Positions 53,854-63,670 of a stretch of 64,000 bases of DNA are shown here, piece after piece. Source of the stretch: Vicinamibacteria bacterium (lineage in GTDB: Bacteria > Acidobacteriota > Vicinamibacteria > Fen-336); assembly GCA_050246895.1 (NCBI GenBank), contig JBFWVE010000003.1, positions 391,240 through 455,239 on the forward strand, in the 5' to 3' direction. Position 1 is the first letter of the stretch, and each line of letters opens with the position of its first letter. The position numbers and the translations under genes were made by a program. Under the pieces are notes generated by a model. That model had not been told where the DNA came from, did no database searches, and saw nothing but the letters and a program-made list of their open reading frames with translations.

Positions 53854-54522
53854 TCACTCCACGCCGTCGACGACCGGCACCCGGATCAGCTTGCGCTGGA
53901 TCGCGTACTTGACCAGCGCGGCCCGGTCGTGAAGCTCGAGCTTGCGCATCAGGTTCGACTTGTGGACGTCGACGGTCTTGACGCTGAGCTCCAGGCGGAC
54001 GGCGATCTCCTTGATCGAGAAGCCGTCGGCGAGCAGCTTGAGGACCTCGCGCTCGCGGCCCGTGAGCAGCGCGTAGCGGGTCTTCGCCCGCCGCCCGACC
54101 GACGCGTATTCGACGATCTTGGTCAGCGCGCGCGGGCTCATGTAGCGGTTGCCGCCGTGTACCGCCTCGATCGCCGCGATCAGCTGGGCCGACGGGCCGT
54201 CCTTCAGCACGTACCCCGCGGCGCCCGCGTCCAGGCAGCCGGCGACGATGTCCTCGTCGTCGTAGAGCGTCAGGACGACGACGCGCGATCCGACGCCTGA
54301 GGCCGCGATCCGGCGCGTCGCCTCGAGGCCGCTGAGCTCCGGCAGCTCCAGGTCCATCAGCACCACGTCGGGCCGCAGCCGCAGGACCTGCTCGACCGCG
54401 CTGCGCCCGTCGCCCGCCTCGCCCACGACCTGAAGCTCGGGCCGCTCGCGCAAGATGGCGCGCAGACCCTCGCGAAACAGCGCGTGATCGTCGCAGATGA
54501 ACACGCTCGCCTTGCCCGTCAT
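53854..54522 (-). CDS. NarL/FixJ-family response regulator (receiver + LuxR HTH)
   Basis: ICDDHALFREGL…VVLMDLELP… and the C-terminal LTGREREVLKLLADGFSIKEIAVRLELSVKTVDVH. Confidence 0.9.
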   Translation of the reverse strand: MTGKASVFICDDHALFREGLRAILRERPELQVVGEAGDGRSAVEQVLRLRPDVVLMDLELPELSGLEATRRIAASGVGSRVVVLTLYDDEDIVAGCLDAGAAGYVLKDGPSAQLIAAIEAVHGGNRYMSPRALTKIVEYASVGRRAKTRYALLTGREREVLKLLADGFSIKEIAVRLELSVKTVDVHKSNLMRKLELHDRAALVKYAIQRKLIRVPVVDGVE

Positions 54523-55676
54523 GCCGGAACCGGCTCGATCGGCAGGTCCACCTCGATCCGCGTCCCGCTCCGCCCCCCGGCCCCGGCGCCGCGCGACTCG
54601 ATGTGCAGCCGCCCTCCGAGCGACTCGATGCGGTCGCGCATCGCCGTCAGGCCGTAGGCGGCGCGCGCGCTCTGCCGCCCCACGTCGAAACCGACGCCGT
54701 CGTCCTCGATCACCATCACCAGCACCCTGCGGCGCAGGCAGCCGAGCGTGACGTTCACGGCGCGGGCCCGCGAGTGCTTGGCCACGTTCGAGAGCGCCCC
54801 CTGCAGGACCCGATAGAGCGTCGTCTGATGCGCCGCCGGCAGGACGTCGGGCACGTCGGCGTCGACGACCCTGAGCGCCACGCCCGTGCGCGCAGAGAAG
54901 TGCCGGCAGTAGAGCTTGGCCGCCGTGAGCAGCCCGACCTTCTCGAGGATGGCGGGCCCCAGGTCGAGCGTCAGGCGCCGCACGGAGTCGAGCGCGTGCG
55001 CCACCAGCGCCAGCGCCTCCTCGAGCTTGTGGCGGGCCAGCTCGAGCCGGCTCCTGCCCAGCTCCAGCAGGATCATCTCGATGTAGAGCTTCAGCACGAT
55101 CAGGTCGCCGCCGATCTCGTCGTGGAGGTCCCGCGAGAGCCGCTTGCGCTCCTCCTCGTCGCTGCGCTGCCAGCCGGCCGCGCGGGCGCGTGCGTAACCG
55201 GCCAGCACGAAGCGCTGGATCGCCGCCGTCAGCCGGACCAGAGCGAGCGCCATCTCTCGCTCGTCACGCTGGTGGCAGAGCAGCTGCTGCAGGCAGCCCT
55301 CGAGGTTGAACGCCAGCGCCAGCACCGCGTGTTCCTCGGGGATGCCCCGCAGCGCGAGCGCGTGCCCCTGGCGCTCGACGACCTCGGCGTAGTGGTCGAG
55401 GTCGGCGTCCCGCGGAATCCGCAGCCGGGTGCGCGCGTCGAGGGCGCTCAGCGCGTCGAACTCGGCGCGGCCGGGCGAGAGCCGGCGCAGCCGCCGCAGC
55501 CACCTCCCCCGCACCCGCTGCGAGGCCGGCGCCAGCCGCTTCAGCGCGAGCTCGAGCGGGACCGCGATCCCCGCCAGCAGCGACGTGCGTGCTCCCCGGC
55601 GCAGCAGCAGCCGCCCCGAGTGCGTGCGTCTCCTCTCCCGCGTCGCGCTCCGAGGCGCCGGGCCTCGCGCGGCCAT
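54519..55676 (-). CDS. Histidine kinase (HisKA_3/NarX-type dimerisation plus HATPase_c), apparently cytoplasmic. The start is MAARGPAP, which overlaps the upstream GT2 stop.
   Basis: H-box LSRDLHDEIGGDL. ATPase motifs …LSNVAKHSRA…IEDDGVGFD…GLTAMRDRIESLGG… It overlaps the response-regulator gene by 4 bp. Confidence 0.75.
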   Translation of the reverse strand: MAARGPAPRSATRERRRTHSGRLLLRRGARTSLLAGIAVPLELALKRLAPASQRVRGRWLRRLRRLSPGRAEFDALSALDARTRLRIPRDADLDHYAEVVERQGHALALRGIPEEHAVLALAFNLEGCLQQLLCHQRDEREMALALVRLTAAIQRFVLAGYARARAAGWQRSDEEERKRLSRDLHDEIGGDLIVLKLYIEMILLELGRSRLELARHKLEEALALVAHALDSVRRLTLDLGPAILEKVGLLTAAKLYCRHFSARTGVALRVVDADVPDVLPAAHQTTLYRVLQGALSNVAKHSRARAVNVTLGCLRRRVLVMVIEDDGVGFDVGRQSARAAYGLTAMRDRIESLGGRLHIESRGAGAGGRSGTRIEVDLPIEPVPA

Positions 55677-56902
55677 CAGCCCGCGATCCGGGGCTCGCTG
55701 GCTCGCTCCCAGGTGGCAGCCTGCCCGCCCGACAGGAACCGGTGGAAGCCCACCAGCGTGGCCAACGCCAGCAGGCACACGACGTGCGCCGCCGCCGTGG
55801 CTCGACGCAGCGACGACGGCGCCCACTCGCGCCGCTCGCGCCCGAGCCAGGCCGCCGCGTAGAAGGCCAGCTGGCCGGCGAGGCTCGCCCGATAGAACGG
55901 GGCGCCGGAGGCGGCGAGCGCGACGTTCGACGCGAGCGCGCAGCCGAGCAGCAGCGGCATCGCCAGGCGCAGCAGCTTGTGGGAGACGGTCTGCAGCCAG
56001 AGCCGGTTGGCGCGCGGAGAGAGCAGCCAGCGTTCGCGCGCGAAGAGCTGGAAGTTGCCGGCGATCGTGCGCGCCTTGCGCCGAAACTCCTGCCGCGCGC
56101 CGGCGACTGCGTCGAAGGCGCGCGCGCCGGCCTCGAACACGACGCGATAGCCGCGCCGCGCGATGCGCAGGGGAATCACGACGTCGTCGAGGATCGTGTC
56201 GGGCGGGATCGGCTCGAACAGCTCCCGCCGCAGCGCATAGATGGCGCCCGTCGCTCCGACGCACGAGTCGAGGCGGCTCTCCTGCGCCCGCAGCGCCTTC
56301 TCGAGGCGCCAGTAGAGGCCGACGCCCGCCCCCGCCGCGGATCCCTGCGTGCCCTCGAGCACCAGCTCCCCGCTCACGGCGCCCACCGCCGGGTCCGCGA
56401 AGGCTGCCGCCAGCGCGCGCAGCGCGCCGGCGTCGAAGCGCTGGCGGGCGTCGGCCAGCACCACGACCTCGCCGCGGCAGGCCGGGATCGCCTGGTTGAG
56501 CACCGACGGCTTGCCCCGGCGCACCGGGAACGCGAGCACGCGCACGCCCCTCGCCTCGTAGCGACGCGCCCTCTCGACCGTGTCGTCGCTCGAGCCGTCC
56601 GAGGCCAGCACCACCTCCAGCCGCTCGCGCGGGTAGTCGAGAGCCAGCGCGTTCGCGAGACGCGCGTCGATGCGGCTTCCCTCGTCGTGCGCGACGATCA
56701 ACAGGCTCAAGCCGGGCGTGCTCTGCGCGCGCCGATACGGCCGCGGCCGCAGGCGCGCCAGCAGCAGCAGGCCGGCCGGGTAGCCGAGCTGGCCGTAGCA
56801 GAGCAGGCCCACGCAGGACCAGAACAGGGCGGCCGGGCCCGCCAGCTCCGCGGCCGCTGCCAGCAGCAACGACACGCCGGCGAGCGCGGCCGCGCTCCTC
56901 AC
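55676..56902 (-). CDS. Family 2 glycosyltransferase (GT-A, processive synthase-like with a C-terminal membrane region). It probably starts at a GTG overlapping the ugd stop.
   Basis: Motifs …LSLLIVAHDE…DGSSDDT…VLADARQRF…QEFRRKARTIAGN… The 5' part of the listed 624-aa ORF overlaps ugd out of frame. Confidence 0.7.
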   Translation of the reverse strand: MRSAAALAGVSLLLAAAAELAGPAALFWSCVGLLCYGQLGYPAGLLLLARLRPRPYRRAQSTPGLSLLIVAHDEGSRIDARLANALALDYPRERLEVVLASDGSSDDTVERARRYEARGVRVLAFPVRRGKPSVLNQAIPACRGEVVVLADARQRFDAGALRALAAAFADPAVGAVSGELVLEGTQGSAAGAGVGLYWRLEKALRAQESRLDSCVGATGAIYALRRELFEPIPPDTILDDVVIPLRIARRGYRVVFEAGARAFDAVAGARQEFRRKARTIAGNFQLFARERWLLSPRANRLWLQTVSHKLLRLAMPLLLGCALASNVALAASGAPFYRASLAGQLAFYAAAWLGRERREWAPSSLRRATAAAHVVCLLALATLVGFHRFLSGGQAATWERASEPRIAG

Positions 56903-58212
56903 GCGGCCGCGCCGGGCCTTTCGGCCCCGGCGGCCGCAGCCAGCGCGCCGCGCGTCAGGTCGACCAGGCTGTGCTCGGGGCCGAGACCTGCCAGCACCGC
57001 CTCGGCGTCGGGCCCGGCGTGGCCGAGCACGACCACTTCCGCGTGTGCCAGCAGCTGTTCCGGCGTGTCGCACATCAGCGATGCGATGTGGGGGATCTGT
57101 TGCGCGATATAGCGCTGGTTCGCGCCCACCAGGCGGGCCAGCGCCACGTCGCGATCGAGCACGAGCAGCTCGCGGCCCTTGCCGATCAGCGCCTCGGCCA
57201 GCGCGACCAGCGGGCTCTCGCGCAGGTCGTCCGTGCCCGGCTTGAAGGCGAGGCCGACCAGGCCGACGCGACGCTTGCCGAGCGCCAGCACGGCGTCCAG
57301 GCCGCGGCGCTGCTGGGCCTCGTTCGAGGGCAGGATCGCGTGGAGCAGGGGCGGCAGCTCGTCGTGCGCGCGCGCCACGTAGGCGAGAGCCCGCAGGTCC
57401 TTGGGCAGGCACGAGCCGCCGAACGCGAAACCGGGCTTCAGGTAGGCGTCCGACACGCTGAGCTTGCGGTCGAGCGCGAACACCCGCAGCACCTCGCGCG
57501 CGTCGGCGCCGACCGCCGTGCAGACGTCGGCCACCTCGTTCGCGAAGCACACCTTCAACGCGTGGAATGCGTTCGCCACGTACTTCACCATCTCCGCGGT
57601 GCGCAGCGAGGTGTGGACGAACGGGGCGGCCACCTCCGCGTAGAGCGTCCTCAGCAGCGCCGCCGTGGCGGGCTCCTCGCAGCCGACGAGCGTGAAGGGC
57701 GGCCGCGAGAAGTCGGCGAGCGACGATCCCTCGCGCATGAACTCGGGGTTGACCGCCAGCCGCAGTCTCGCGGCCGCGTCCGCGCCCGCCCCCTCCAGCA
57801 GCTGCCCTCGCACGACCGACTCGACGGTGCCCGGCAGCACGGTGCTGCGCACGACGACGGTGAACGGCGGCCGCCTCGCCCGCAGCGCCTCTCCCAGCTC
57901 GCGGCTCACGGCCTCCAGGGCGCTCACGTCGAGCGCCCCGTTGCGACGGCCCGGGGTGCCTACGCAGACGAGCCCGATCTCGCTGTCGCCCAGAGCCTCG
58001 CTGGCGGAGCTGGTCGCCCGCAGCCGGCCCGCCCGCGCCATCTGGGAGACGAGCTCGCCGAGCCCGGGCTCGCGCACCGGCGCGCAGCCGTCGTTGATCG
58101 AGGCCACCTTGTCGGGGTTGACGTCGACGCCGACCACCTCGTGGCCGTCGCGCGCCAGGCAGGCGGCGGTCACGCTTCCGACGTAGCCCAGCCCGAAGAC
58201 GCTCACGCGCAT
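56899..58212 (-). CDS. ugd: UDP-glucose/GDP-mannose 6-dehydrogenase family nucleotide-sugar dehydrogenase
   Basis: MRVSVFGLGYVGSVTAACLA…GFAFGGSCLPKD…. Confidence 0.85.
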   Translation of the reverse strand: MRVSVFGLGYVGSVTAACLARDGHEVVGVDVNPDKVASINDGCAPVREPGLGELVSQMARAGRLRATSSASEALGDSEIGLVCVGTPGRRNGALDVSALEAVSRELGEALRARRPPFTVVVRSTVLPGTVESVVRGQLLEGAGADAAARLRLAVNPEFMREGSSLADFSRPPFTLVGCEEPATAALLRTLYAEVAAPFVHTSLRTAEMVKYVANAFHALKVCFANEVADVCTAVGADAREVLRVFALDRKLSVSDAYLKPGFAFGGSCLPKDLRALAYVARAHDELPPLLHAILPSNEAQQRRGLDAVLALGKRRVGLVGLAFKPGTDDLRESPLVALAEALIGKGRELLVLDRDVALARLVGANQRYIAQQIPHIASLMCDTPEQLLAHAEVVVLGHAGPDAEAVLAGLGPEHSLVDLTRGALAAAAGAERPGAAA

Positions 58213-59408
58213 GCAGCCACCTCCGCGAGACAGCGCTCCACCTCTCGCCCCACCTGGCGCCAGGAGTGGCGCTCCTCGACCAGCCGCCGCCCCGCCTGGC
58301 CGAGCGCGGCGGCCCGCGCGGGGTCGCGCAGCAGCGAGACCACCGCCCCGGCGAAGTCGGACGGGGCGTCGGCCCGCAGGTAGTGCTCGCCCGGCACCAG
58401 CGGCAGGCCCTCCGCGGCGAGGCTGGTCGCCACCACCGGCTTCGCCATCGCGAGCGCTTCCAGCAGCTTCAGCCGCGTACCGCCGCCCACGCGCAGCGGG
58501 GCCACATAGACGGCGGCGGCGTCGACGAAAGGCCGCACGTCGTCGACCGTGCCCGTCACCCGGACCCCGCCGGCCCGGCGCGCTTCGTCCCGCAGCCGCG
58601 GGGACGGATCCCGCCCGACCGCCGTGAACGAGGTCGCGGGCAGCTCGGCGCGGATCGTCGGCAGGACCTGGCGCAGGAAGCGGAGCACCCCGTCCTCGTT
58701 CGGATACCAGTCGAGCGAGCCGCTGAAGACGAGCTCGCGGGCCGCGCGAGGCGCGTCGGCGGGCCGGAAGTAGTCGGCGTCCACCCCGGTCGGAATCGCT
58801 TCCACGCGCGCGCCCGGGCTGAGCGACCGCAGGGCCGCCCGATCGACCTCGGAGACGGCCAGCGTGAGCCCCACGTCCCGGCAGGCGCGCGCCTCGAAGC
58901 GGCGCAGCTTGCGCCACTCGATCTCGAGCAGCGCGCGGCGCCAGGATCCGGCCTCCGCCTCGGCCAGCCGCCGCCAGATCAGGTGCTCGACGTTGTGCTC
59001 GAAGAGCACCTGCGGCAACGGCGCGCGCCGCGGAACGTTGGGGGCGGCGACCAGGAAGTCGGTCAGGCACAGGTCGTAGTCGCCGGTCGCCAGCCGGCGC
59101 TCGGCCTCGGCCCGCAGCGCCGGCACGCGCCAGCGCCACAGGTCCACCGGCAGCGCGCTCAGCCAGGACCGCGCGAGCGCCGCAGCGAAGCGGGCGCTGT
59201 CACGCTTCGGCGCCGCGTGCGGGAACGAGTGGATCTCGCACTCGGGCAGCGATGCGGCCAGGCCCGGCGCGTCGTCGCCCGGGCCGTGCGTGGTCAGGAC
59301 GCTCAGCCGGTGGCGTCGCGACAGCTCCCGGATGATGTGGAAGCTGCGCAGCCGCCCGCCCGAGCGCAGCGGCCACAGCCCCCCTACCTTCACCCACAGG
59401 ATTCGCAT
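58203..59408 (-). CDS. Family 4 (GT-B, GT1-like) glycosyltransferase
   Basis: MRILWVK… and a C-terminal GT-B motif …EGLPLVPGEH…. Confidence 0.8.
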   Translation of the reverse strand: MRILWVKVGGLWPLRSGGRLRSFHIIRELSRRHRLSVLTTHGPGDDAPGLAASLPECEIHSFPHAAPKRDSARFAAALARSWLSALPVDLWRWRVPALRAEAERRLATGDYDLCLTDFLVAAPNVPRRAPLPQVLFEHNVEHLIWRRLAEAEAGSWRRALLEIEWRKLRRFEARACRDVGLTLAVSEVDRAALRSLSPGARVEAIPTGVDADYFRPADAPRAARELVFSGSLDWYPNEDGVLRFLRQVLPTIRAELPATSFTAVGRDPSPRLRDEARRAGGVRVTGTVDDVRPFVDAAAVYVAPLRVGGGTRLKLLEALAMAKPVVATSLAAEGLPLVPGEHYLRADAPSDFAGAVVSLLRDPARAAALGQAGRRLVEERHSWRQVGREVERCLAEVAACA

Positions 59409-59414
59409 GCGCTC

Positions 59415-60320
59415 TCACGGCACGACGTCGAAGGCGTCGAGCCAGACCCAGCGCTGCAGCGCGTCGGCGTTGCGGTCGTGGGTCGCCTCGACCGCGATCG
59501 TGTGCGGGCCCGGAGCCAGCCGTGGCGCCGAGAAGAGGACCGCCCGCGCCTCGAACGAGGGCCGGTACAGGTCGACGTAGGCGACCAGGCTGCCGTCGAG
59601 ATAGACCCGCCCGATGCCCGACCACTCGTCGCGGTACCCGATCCAGCGGACGGCCCCGCCGGTGAAGGAGAACGTCGCGCGGGCGCCCGCGTCGAGCGCC
59701 AGCGTGGCGCTGCCCCCGCTGTGGTGCTCGCTGTCGCTCCCGAACCACTTGCCGGCGTAGGCGACAGACGGCTGGTCCTGCTCGCTGCGCACGGCGCCCG
59801 CCCAGGGATCGGGAGGCGCCGCCGCCGAGCCGTCGGTCAGCACCTCGATCGCGTCGACCCAGACCCAGGCTCCGCCGGAGGGCCCGCTCCGCGTGTCGAG
59901 CACCTGCAGCGTCAGGTGATGGGTACCGGGGGGCAGGTCGTTCCGCTCGAGCACGATCGCCTGGTACTGCGCCGGAGAGGCGTAGGTGTCGACGGTCGTC
60001 AGGAACTGGCCGTCGACGAACACGGCGGCGATCCCGGACCACTCGTCGCGAAAGCCGATCCAGCGGAAGCCCGTGCCGACGAAGCTCAGCTCGAGCGTGG
60101 CCCCGGGCTCGGTGGACTGGGTCGCGCTGAGCCCGCTGTGGCGCTCGCTGAGGTTCGAATGCCAGGTGCCGCGGTACTCCAGGAAGAGGACGTTGTTCTC
60201 CTCCAGCCAGCCCCCGCCCGCCGTCAGCGGCTGGGCGCCGGCGCCCGCCGCCACGAGCGCGAGCAGCCCCCCGAGCAGCCAGCCCGGCGGTCCGATGCGA
60301 CGACGGATCGAGTTCGCCAT
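59415..60320 (-). CDS. Secreted protein with two tandem ~95-aa beta-sandwich-like repeats (carbohydrate-binding-like). The start is taken at MANSIRRRIGPPGW (signal peptide).
   Basis: Internal repeat: …HSGLSATQ…RWIGFRDEWSGI…VDGQF… // …HSGGSATL…RWIGYRDEWSGI…LDGSL…. Confidence 0.55.
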   Translation of the reverse strand: MANSIRRRIGPPGWLLGGLLALVAAGAGAQPLTAGGGWLEENNVLFLEYRGTWHSNLSERHSGLSATQSTEPGATLELSFVGTGFRWIGFRDEWSGIAAVFVDGQFLTTVDTYASPAQYQAIVLERNDLPPGTHHLTLQVLDTRSGPSGGAWVWVDAIEVLTDGSAAAPPDPWAGAVRSEQDQPSVAYAGKWFGSDSEHHSGGSATLALDAGARATFSFTGGAVRWIGYRDEWSGIGRVYLDGSLVAYVDLYRPSFEARAVLFSAPRLAPGPHTIAVEATHDRNADALQRWVWLDAFDVVP

Positions 60321-60528
60321 CCCGTCAATCTCCTGCGCCACAAGCTAGGGGCCGCGCGCCGGGCACGGCAATCGCCGCGAAACTGAATGAGGGCTCAGGG
60401 TTTCCCCGAAAGGCCGTGCCGGCCTCGGAGTGCCGCGGGCCGGGCGCGCCGTGAGCCGGATCACAGTTCGGCGCCCGGCGGCGGCTCAGATTGGGAAGGT
60501 CGCCGTGTGCTGCGACGGCAAGGAGCGT

Positions 60529-61377
60529 GCGATGCTGCGACCTCCATCCACGATGACCCGACGGGCGCTGCGCTGGCTGAGCCTGCTGGCGCTCTCGCTG
60601 GTGCTCGGCCTTTCTGTTGCCGTGATCGCGCGGGGCGACCGCTTCGACCTGAAGGACATCGGCGCGACCCTCACCTCGGTGCGTGACAGTTCCCTCGACG
60701 CCGCGCTGCTCGGCAGGGTCCGCAGCGCGCTGGCGCTCTCGCGGCGCGTCTCCGGACTGAGGTTCGAGCTGGACGCGCGTTCGGGGGTCGTCACCCTCTC
60801 GGGCCGCGTCCCCACCCGCGAGGCGCGCTCGATCATCGAGGCCATCGTCGGGGACACCCCGGGCGTGCTCGAGGTGCACAACCGGCTGCAGGTCGATGCC
60901 AGCGTCGCGGCCGGCTACGAGCGGACGCTGCTGCAGCGGATCGCCGATCTCGAGACCGAGGTGGCGGTCCAGGAGCGCCTGCGCCTGGAGCCGCGCCTCG
61001 TGCACTCGGGCCTGCGGGTCAGCGTGGAGCGCGGCGTGACGGTGCTGCGGGGCGAGGTCGAGAGCGACGCGGAGCGGGCCGAGGCACAGCGGATCGTGCA
61101 GGCGGCGGTCGGCGCCGACCAGGTCCGCAACGAGCTGCGCTCGCTCGGGCTCTCCGCCAGCGGCGAGGATCGCCTGGCGCGGCTCGTCGAGTTCGAGCTC
61201 TACACGGCCGGCGCCTTCGACCTGGTGCGGATCCAGGTGACGAGCATGGGGGGCCGGGTCACGCTGCACGGCGACGTTCGCACGCCCGCCGAGCGGCTGC
61301 TGGCCGAGCGCGTCGCGCAGGACGTGCCCGGCGTGATCGAGGTCGTCAACGAGCTGACGCTCGAACGGGCCTCCTGA
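60529..61377 (+). CDS. BON-domain protein (three OsmY-like BON repeats) with an N-terminal TM/signal region
   Basis: Repeated …VTLSGRVPT…A…A… / …VTVLRGEVES… / …RVTLHGDVRT… modules. Confidence 0.7.
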   Translation, partial: AMLRPPSTMTRRALRWLSLLALSLVLGLSVAVIARGDRFDLKDIGATLTSVRDSSLDAALLGRVRSALALSRRVSGLRFELDARSGVVTLSGRVPTREARSIIEAIVGDTPGVLEVHNRLQVDASVAAGYERTLLQRIADLETEVAVQERLRLEPRLVHSGLRVSVERGVTVLRGEVESDAERAEAQRIVQAAVGADQVRNELRSLGLSASGEDRLARLVEFELYTAGAFDLVRIQVTSMGGRVTLHGDVRTPAERLLAERVAQDVPGVIEVVNELTLERAS

Positions 61378-61423
61378 GCCCGCCCGCCCGCCCGCCGCGC
61401 GGCCGGCGGGCGGGGGGCCGAGG

Positions 61424-62050
61424 TCACTCGACGACCTTGATCACGACGCGGCGGTTCTGCGCGCGGTTGGCCAGCGTCCGGTTGTCCACCAGCGGCTTGC
61501 TCGAGCCGTAGGAGATCACCGCCATCCGGTTGAGGGCGATCCCGAGCTGGTCGTGCAGGTAATCGCGCACCGCCAGCGCTCGCTGTTCGCCGAGCCTGCG
61601 GTTGTAGCTCTCGGGCCCCGTCGCGTCGGTGTGCCCCTCGAGCTCGAGGAAGACCCCGCGGTTGTCGGCGACCAGCGGCGCGAGGTACTCGTCCAGCAGG
61701 CGCTTGGCGCCGTCGTCGAGGCTCGCGCCCGCGAAGCCGAAGCGCAGCTCGTCGCTCGACAGGCTGAGCGTGTAGAGCAGCTTGCCCCTCGCCTGCCGCT
61801 CGGCGTCCGCGGCGCGCAGCGCCGCCTCGCGGGCGCTGCCCTGGGCGGCCCTGACGCCGGCGCTGGCGCTGCGGTCGACCTCCTCGATCCGCGCCTCGTT
61901 CAGCGTGGTTCGCGCCTGGGTCCGCTCGACGTCGGCGGACAGCGTCGCCACGCGCTCGCTGACCTCACCGATCTCGCGGCCCACGTGCTTCTTGGTGGCG
62001 CAGCCCAGGGGCACGAGCGCCACGAACGCCAGCAGGAGAGCTGATCTCAT
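61424..62050 (-). CDS. OmpA/MotB-domain lipoprotein (peptidoglycan-associated)
   Basis: Lipobox LGCATKK. OmpA-like C-terminus …LELEGHTDATGPESYNRRLGEQRALAVRDYL…. Confidence 0.85.
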   Translation of the reverse strand: MRSALLLAFVALVPLGCATKKHVGREIGEVSERVATLSADVERTQARTTLNEARIEEVDRSASAGVRAAQGSAREAALRAADAERQARGKLLYTLSLSSDELRFGFAGASLDDGAKRLLDEYLAPLVADNRGVFLELEGHTDATGPESYNRRLGEQRALAVRDYLHDQLGIALNRMAVISYGSSKPLVDNRTLANRAQNRRVVIKVVE

Positions 62051-62143
62051 GAGACACCTCCTGATCGGGAGGGCGAGCGCCCTCCAGTTCCCGAAGCTAG
62101 GAGGACGGGCCGGCCCGAACCGTGATCCAGCGCACTTCGCAGC

Positions 62144-63670
62144 TCAGCGCTGCCGTGCGTCCGGGACGCTGCCCAGGGCGTCGAAGTCCACGCCGACGTC
62201 CCTGCCGTCGCTGGCGGCGCGCTTGTAAGGGCTCGTCTCGCGCAGCCGATAGTCGCCGCCGCGCAGGTCGACGAAGCCCACCTGCTCGAACGAGGCGGCC
62301 ACGAAGTTGTCGTCCGAGCTGAAGCCCGCCGGGGCGCCGACGATGACGTTGCGCCGGAACAGCGCTCCCGGGAAGAACCGCCGGAGCGCGTCGGCGCCCG
62401 GCGCGCTTCCGCTGCCGACGACGCCGTACTCGTTGTGGGCGGCGATGTTGTCGCGAAACACGAAGCCCGCGTGCGGGCGTCCGTCGGCGGTGACCAGGTT
62501 GCCCGTGTGGAACGCGGTGTTGTGCTCGAAGACGACCTCCGAGGTGGCGTCGAGCAGCTGCAGCAGGCGGCCGCCTCCCCCCCAGCGCGGCCCCCCGACG
62601 TCCTCGAACAGGTTGTTGCGGATCGTGATGCGGCGGGCCTGCCCGCTGGGGTGGTTGTCGTCGAAGCCGAGGACGTTGATCCCGGACGCGGTGTGGCGGA
62701 CGCGGTTGCCTTCGAAGCGCACGTCCTCGACGCAGGACCAGGGAGCCCCGCCGTCCTGGTTGCGCACGGTGAACAGCACGGCGAACCCGGCCTGGGCCTC
62801 GACCCAGTTGTGCTCGAGCAGGTTGCCCTCGATCACCACGCGCCGGGCGTTCTTCAGCTCGAGCAGGTTCTTGACGCTCCAGCGCGTCGCCGCGTAGCCC
62901 GGCTCCCCGCGCTTCCATGCGAGGGGCTTCGCCAGCCGGTTCCGCCGCAGCGTGATGTCGGCCGGGACGAGCCCGGCTATGCTCGGATCGGCGCCGCCGA
63001 ACATCACGTTCTCGCCCGCCGCCTCCAGGGAGTTGTTCTCGATCAGGAACGGGCCCGGGCCGTTCCAACCCGCGATGGCCTGCGAGTCGGCTCCCACTTC
63101 CTTGAAGTCCGCGAGATAGGAGTCGACGATCGAGCTCTCGCCCGAGTTGAGCGCGATCCCGCGACGGCTGCCGCGACGCGCGTCGCCGTGGATGTAGCAG
63201 CGCTCGACGACGAGGTGGTGCGGGATCTCCTCCGCAGTGCCGTCGCTCGAGCCGAGCTCCACCAGGTTGGCGAGAAAGCTGCCGGCCACGGGCCGGATCT
63301 CGAGTCCCGAGAGGCGGTAGTGATGCGCGCCCGGCGCCGCGACGATCACGGAGCCCGACGCGGCCTCCAGCGCCGCCATCGCGCTCGCGTCCTGCGGGCC
63401 GACCCGAGTCCCGGCGGGCGGCAGCCTGCCGTCGCTGCGAAGGGTGACCCAGTCGTCGCCGGCCTTTGCGGGCAGCGTGAAAGGGCCTCGGAACACGGCG
63501 CCTGCGGCGAGCACGATCACGTCGCCAGGGGCCGCGGCGTCGAGCGCCGCTTGCAGGTCGCCGCCCGCGGCGACGTAGGTGAGCCGCCCGGGGCTCCTGG
63601 CCTGGGAGGCGGCGTTCCTGCAGCCGGCGCCGAGGCTCGCCAGCAGCATGGCCGCGACCAGGGCCCTCAA
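62144..63670 (-). CDS. Right-handed parallel beta-helix (pectate-lyase-like) lipoprotein, probably a polysaccharide lyase/hydrolase
   Basis: Lipobox LASLGAGC. Repeated short beta-helix-like segments (…NNSLE…GNLLEHN…RNNLFEDV…). Confidence 0.65.
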   Translation of the reverse strand: MRALVAAMLLASLGAGCRNAASQARSPGRLTYVAAGGDLQAALDAAAPGDVIVLAAGAVFRGPFTLPAKAGDDWVTLRSDGRLPPAGTRVGPQDASAMAALEAASGSVIVAAPGAHHYRLSGLEIRPVAGSFLANLVELGSSDGTAEEIPHHLVVERCYIHGDARRGSRRGIALNSGESSIVDSYLADFKEVGADSQAIAGWNGPGPFLIENNSLEAAGENVMFGGADPSIAGLVPADITLRRNRLAKPLAWKRGEPGYAATRWSVKNLLELKNARRVVIEGNLLEHNWVEAQAGFAVLFTVRNQDGGAPWSCVEDVRFEGNRVRHTASGINVLGFDDNHPSGQARRITIRNNLFEDVGGPRWGGGGRLLQLLDATSEVVFEHNTAFHTGNLVTADGRPHAGFVFRDNIAAHNEYGVVGSGSAPGADALRRFFPGALFRRNVIVGAPAGFSSDDNFVAASFEQVGFVDLRGGDYRLRETSPYKRAASDGRDVGVDFDALGSVPDARQR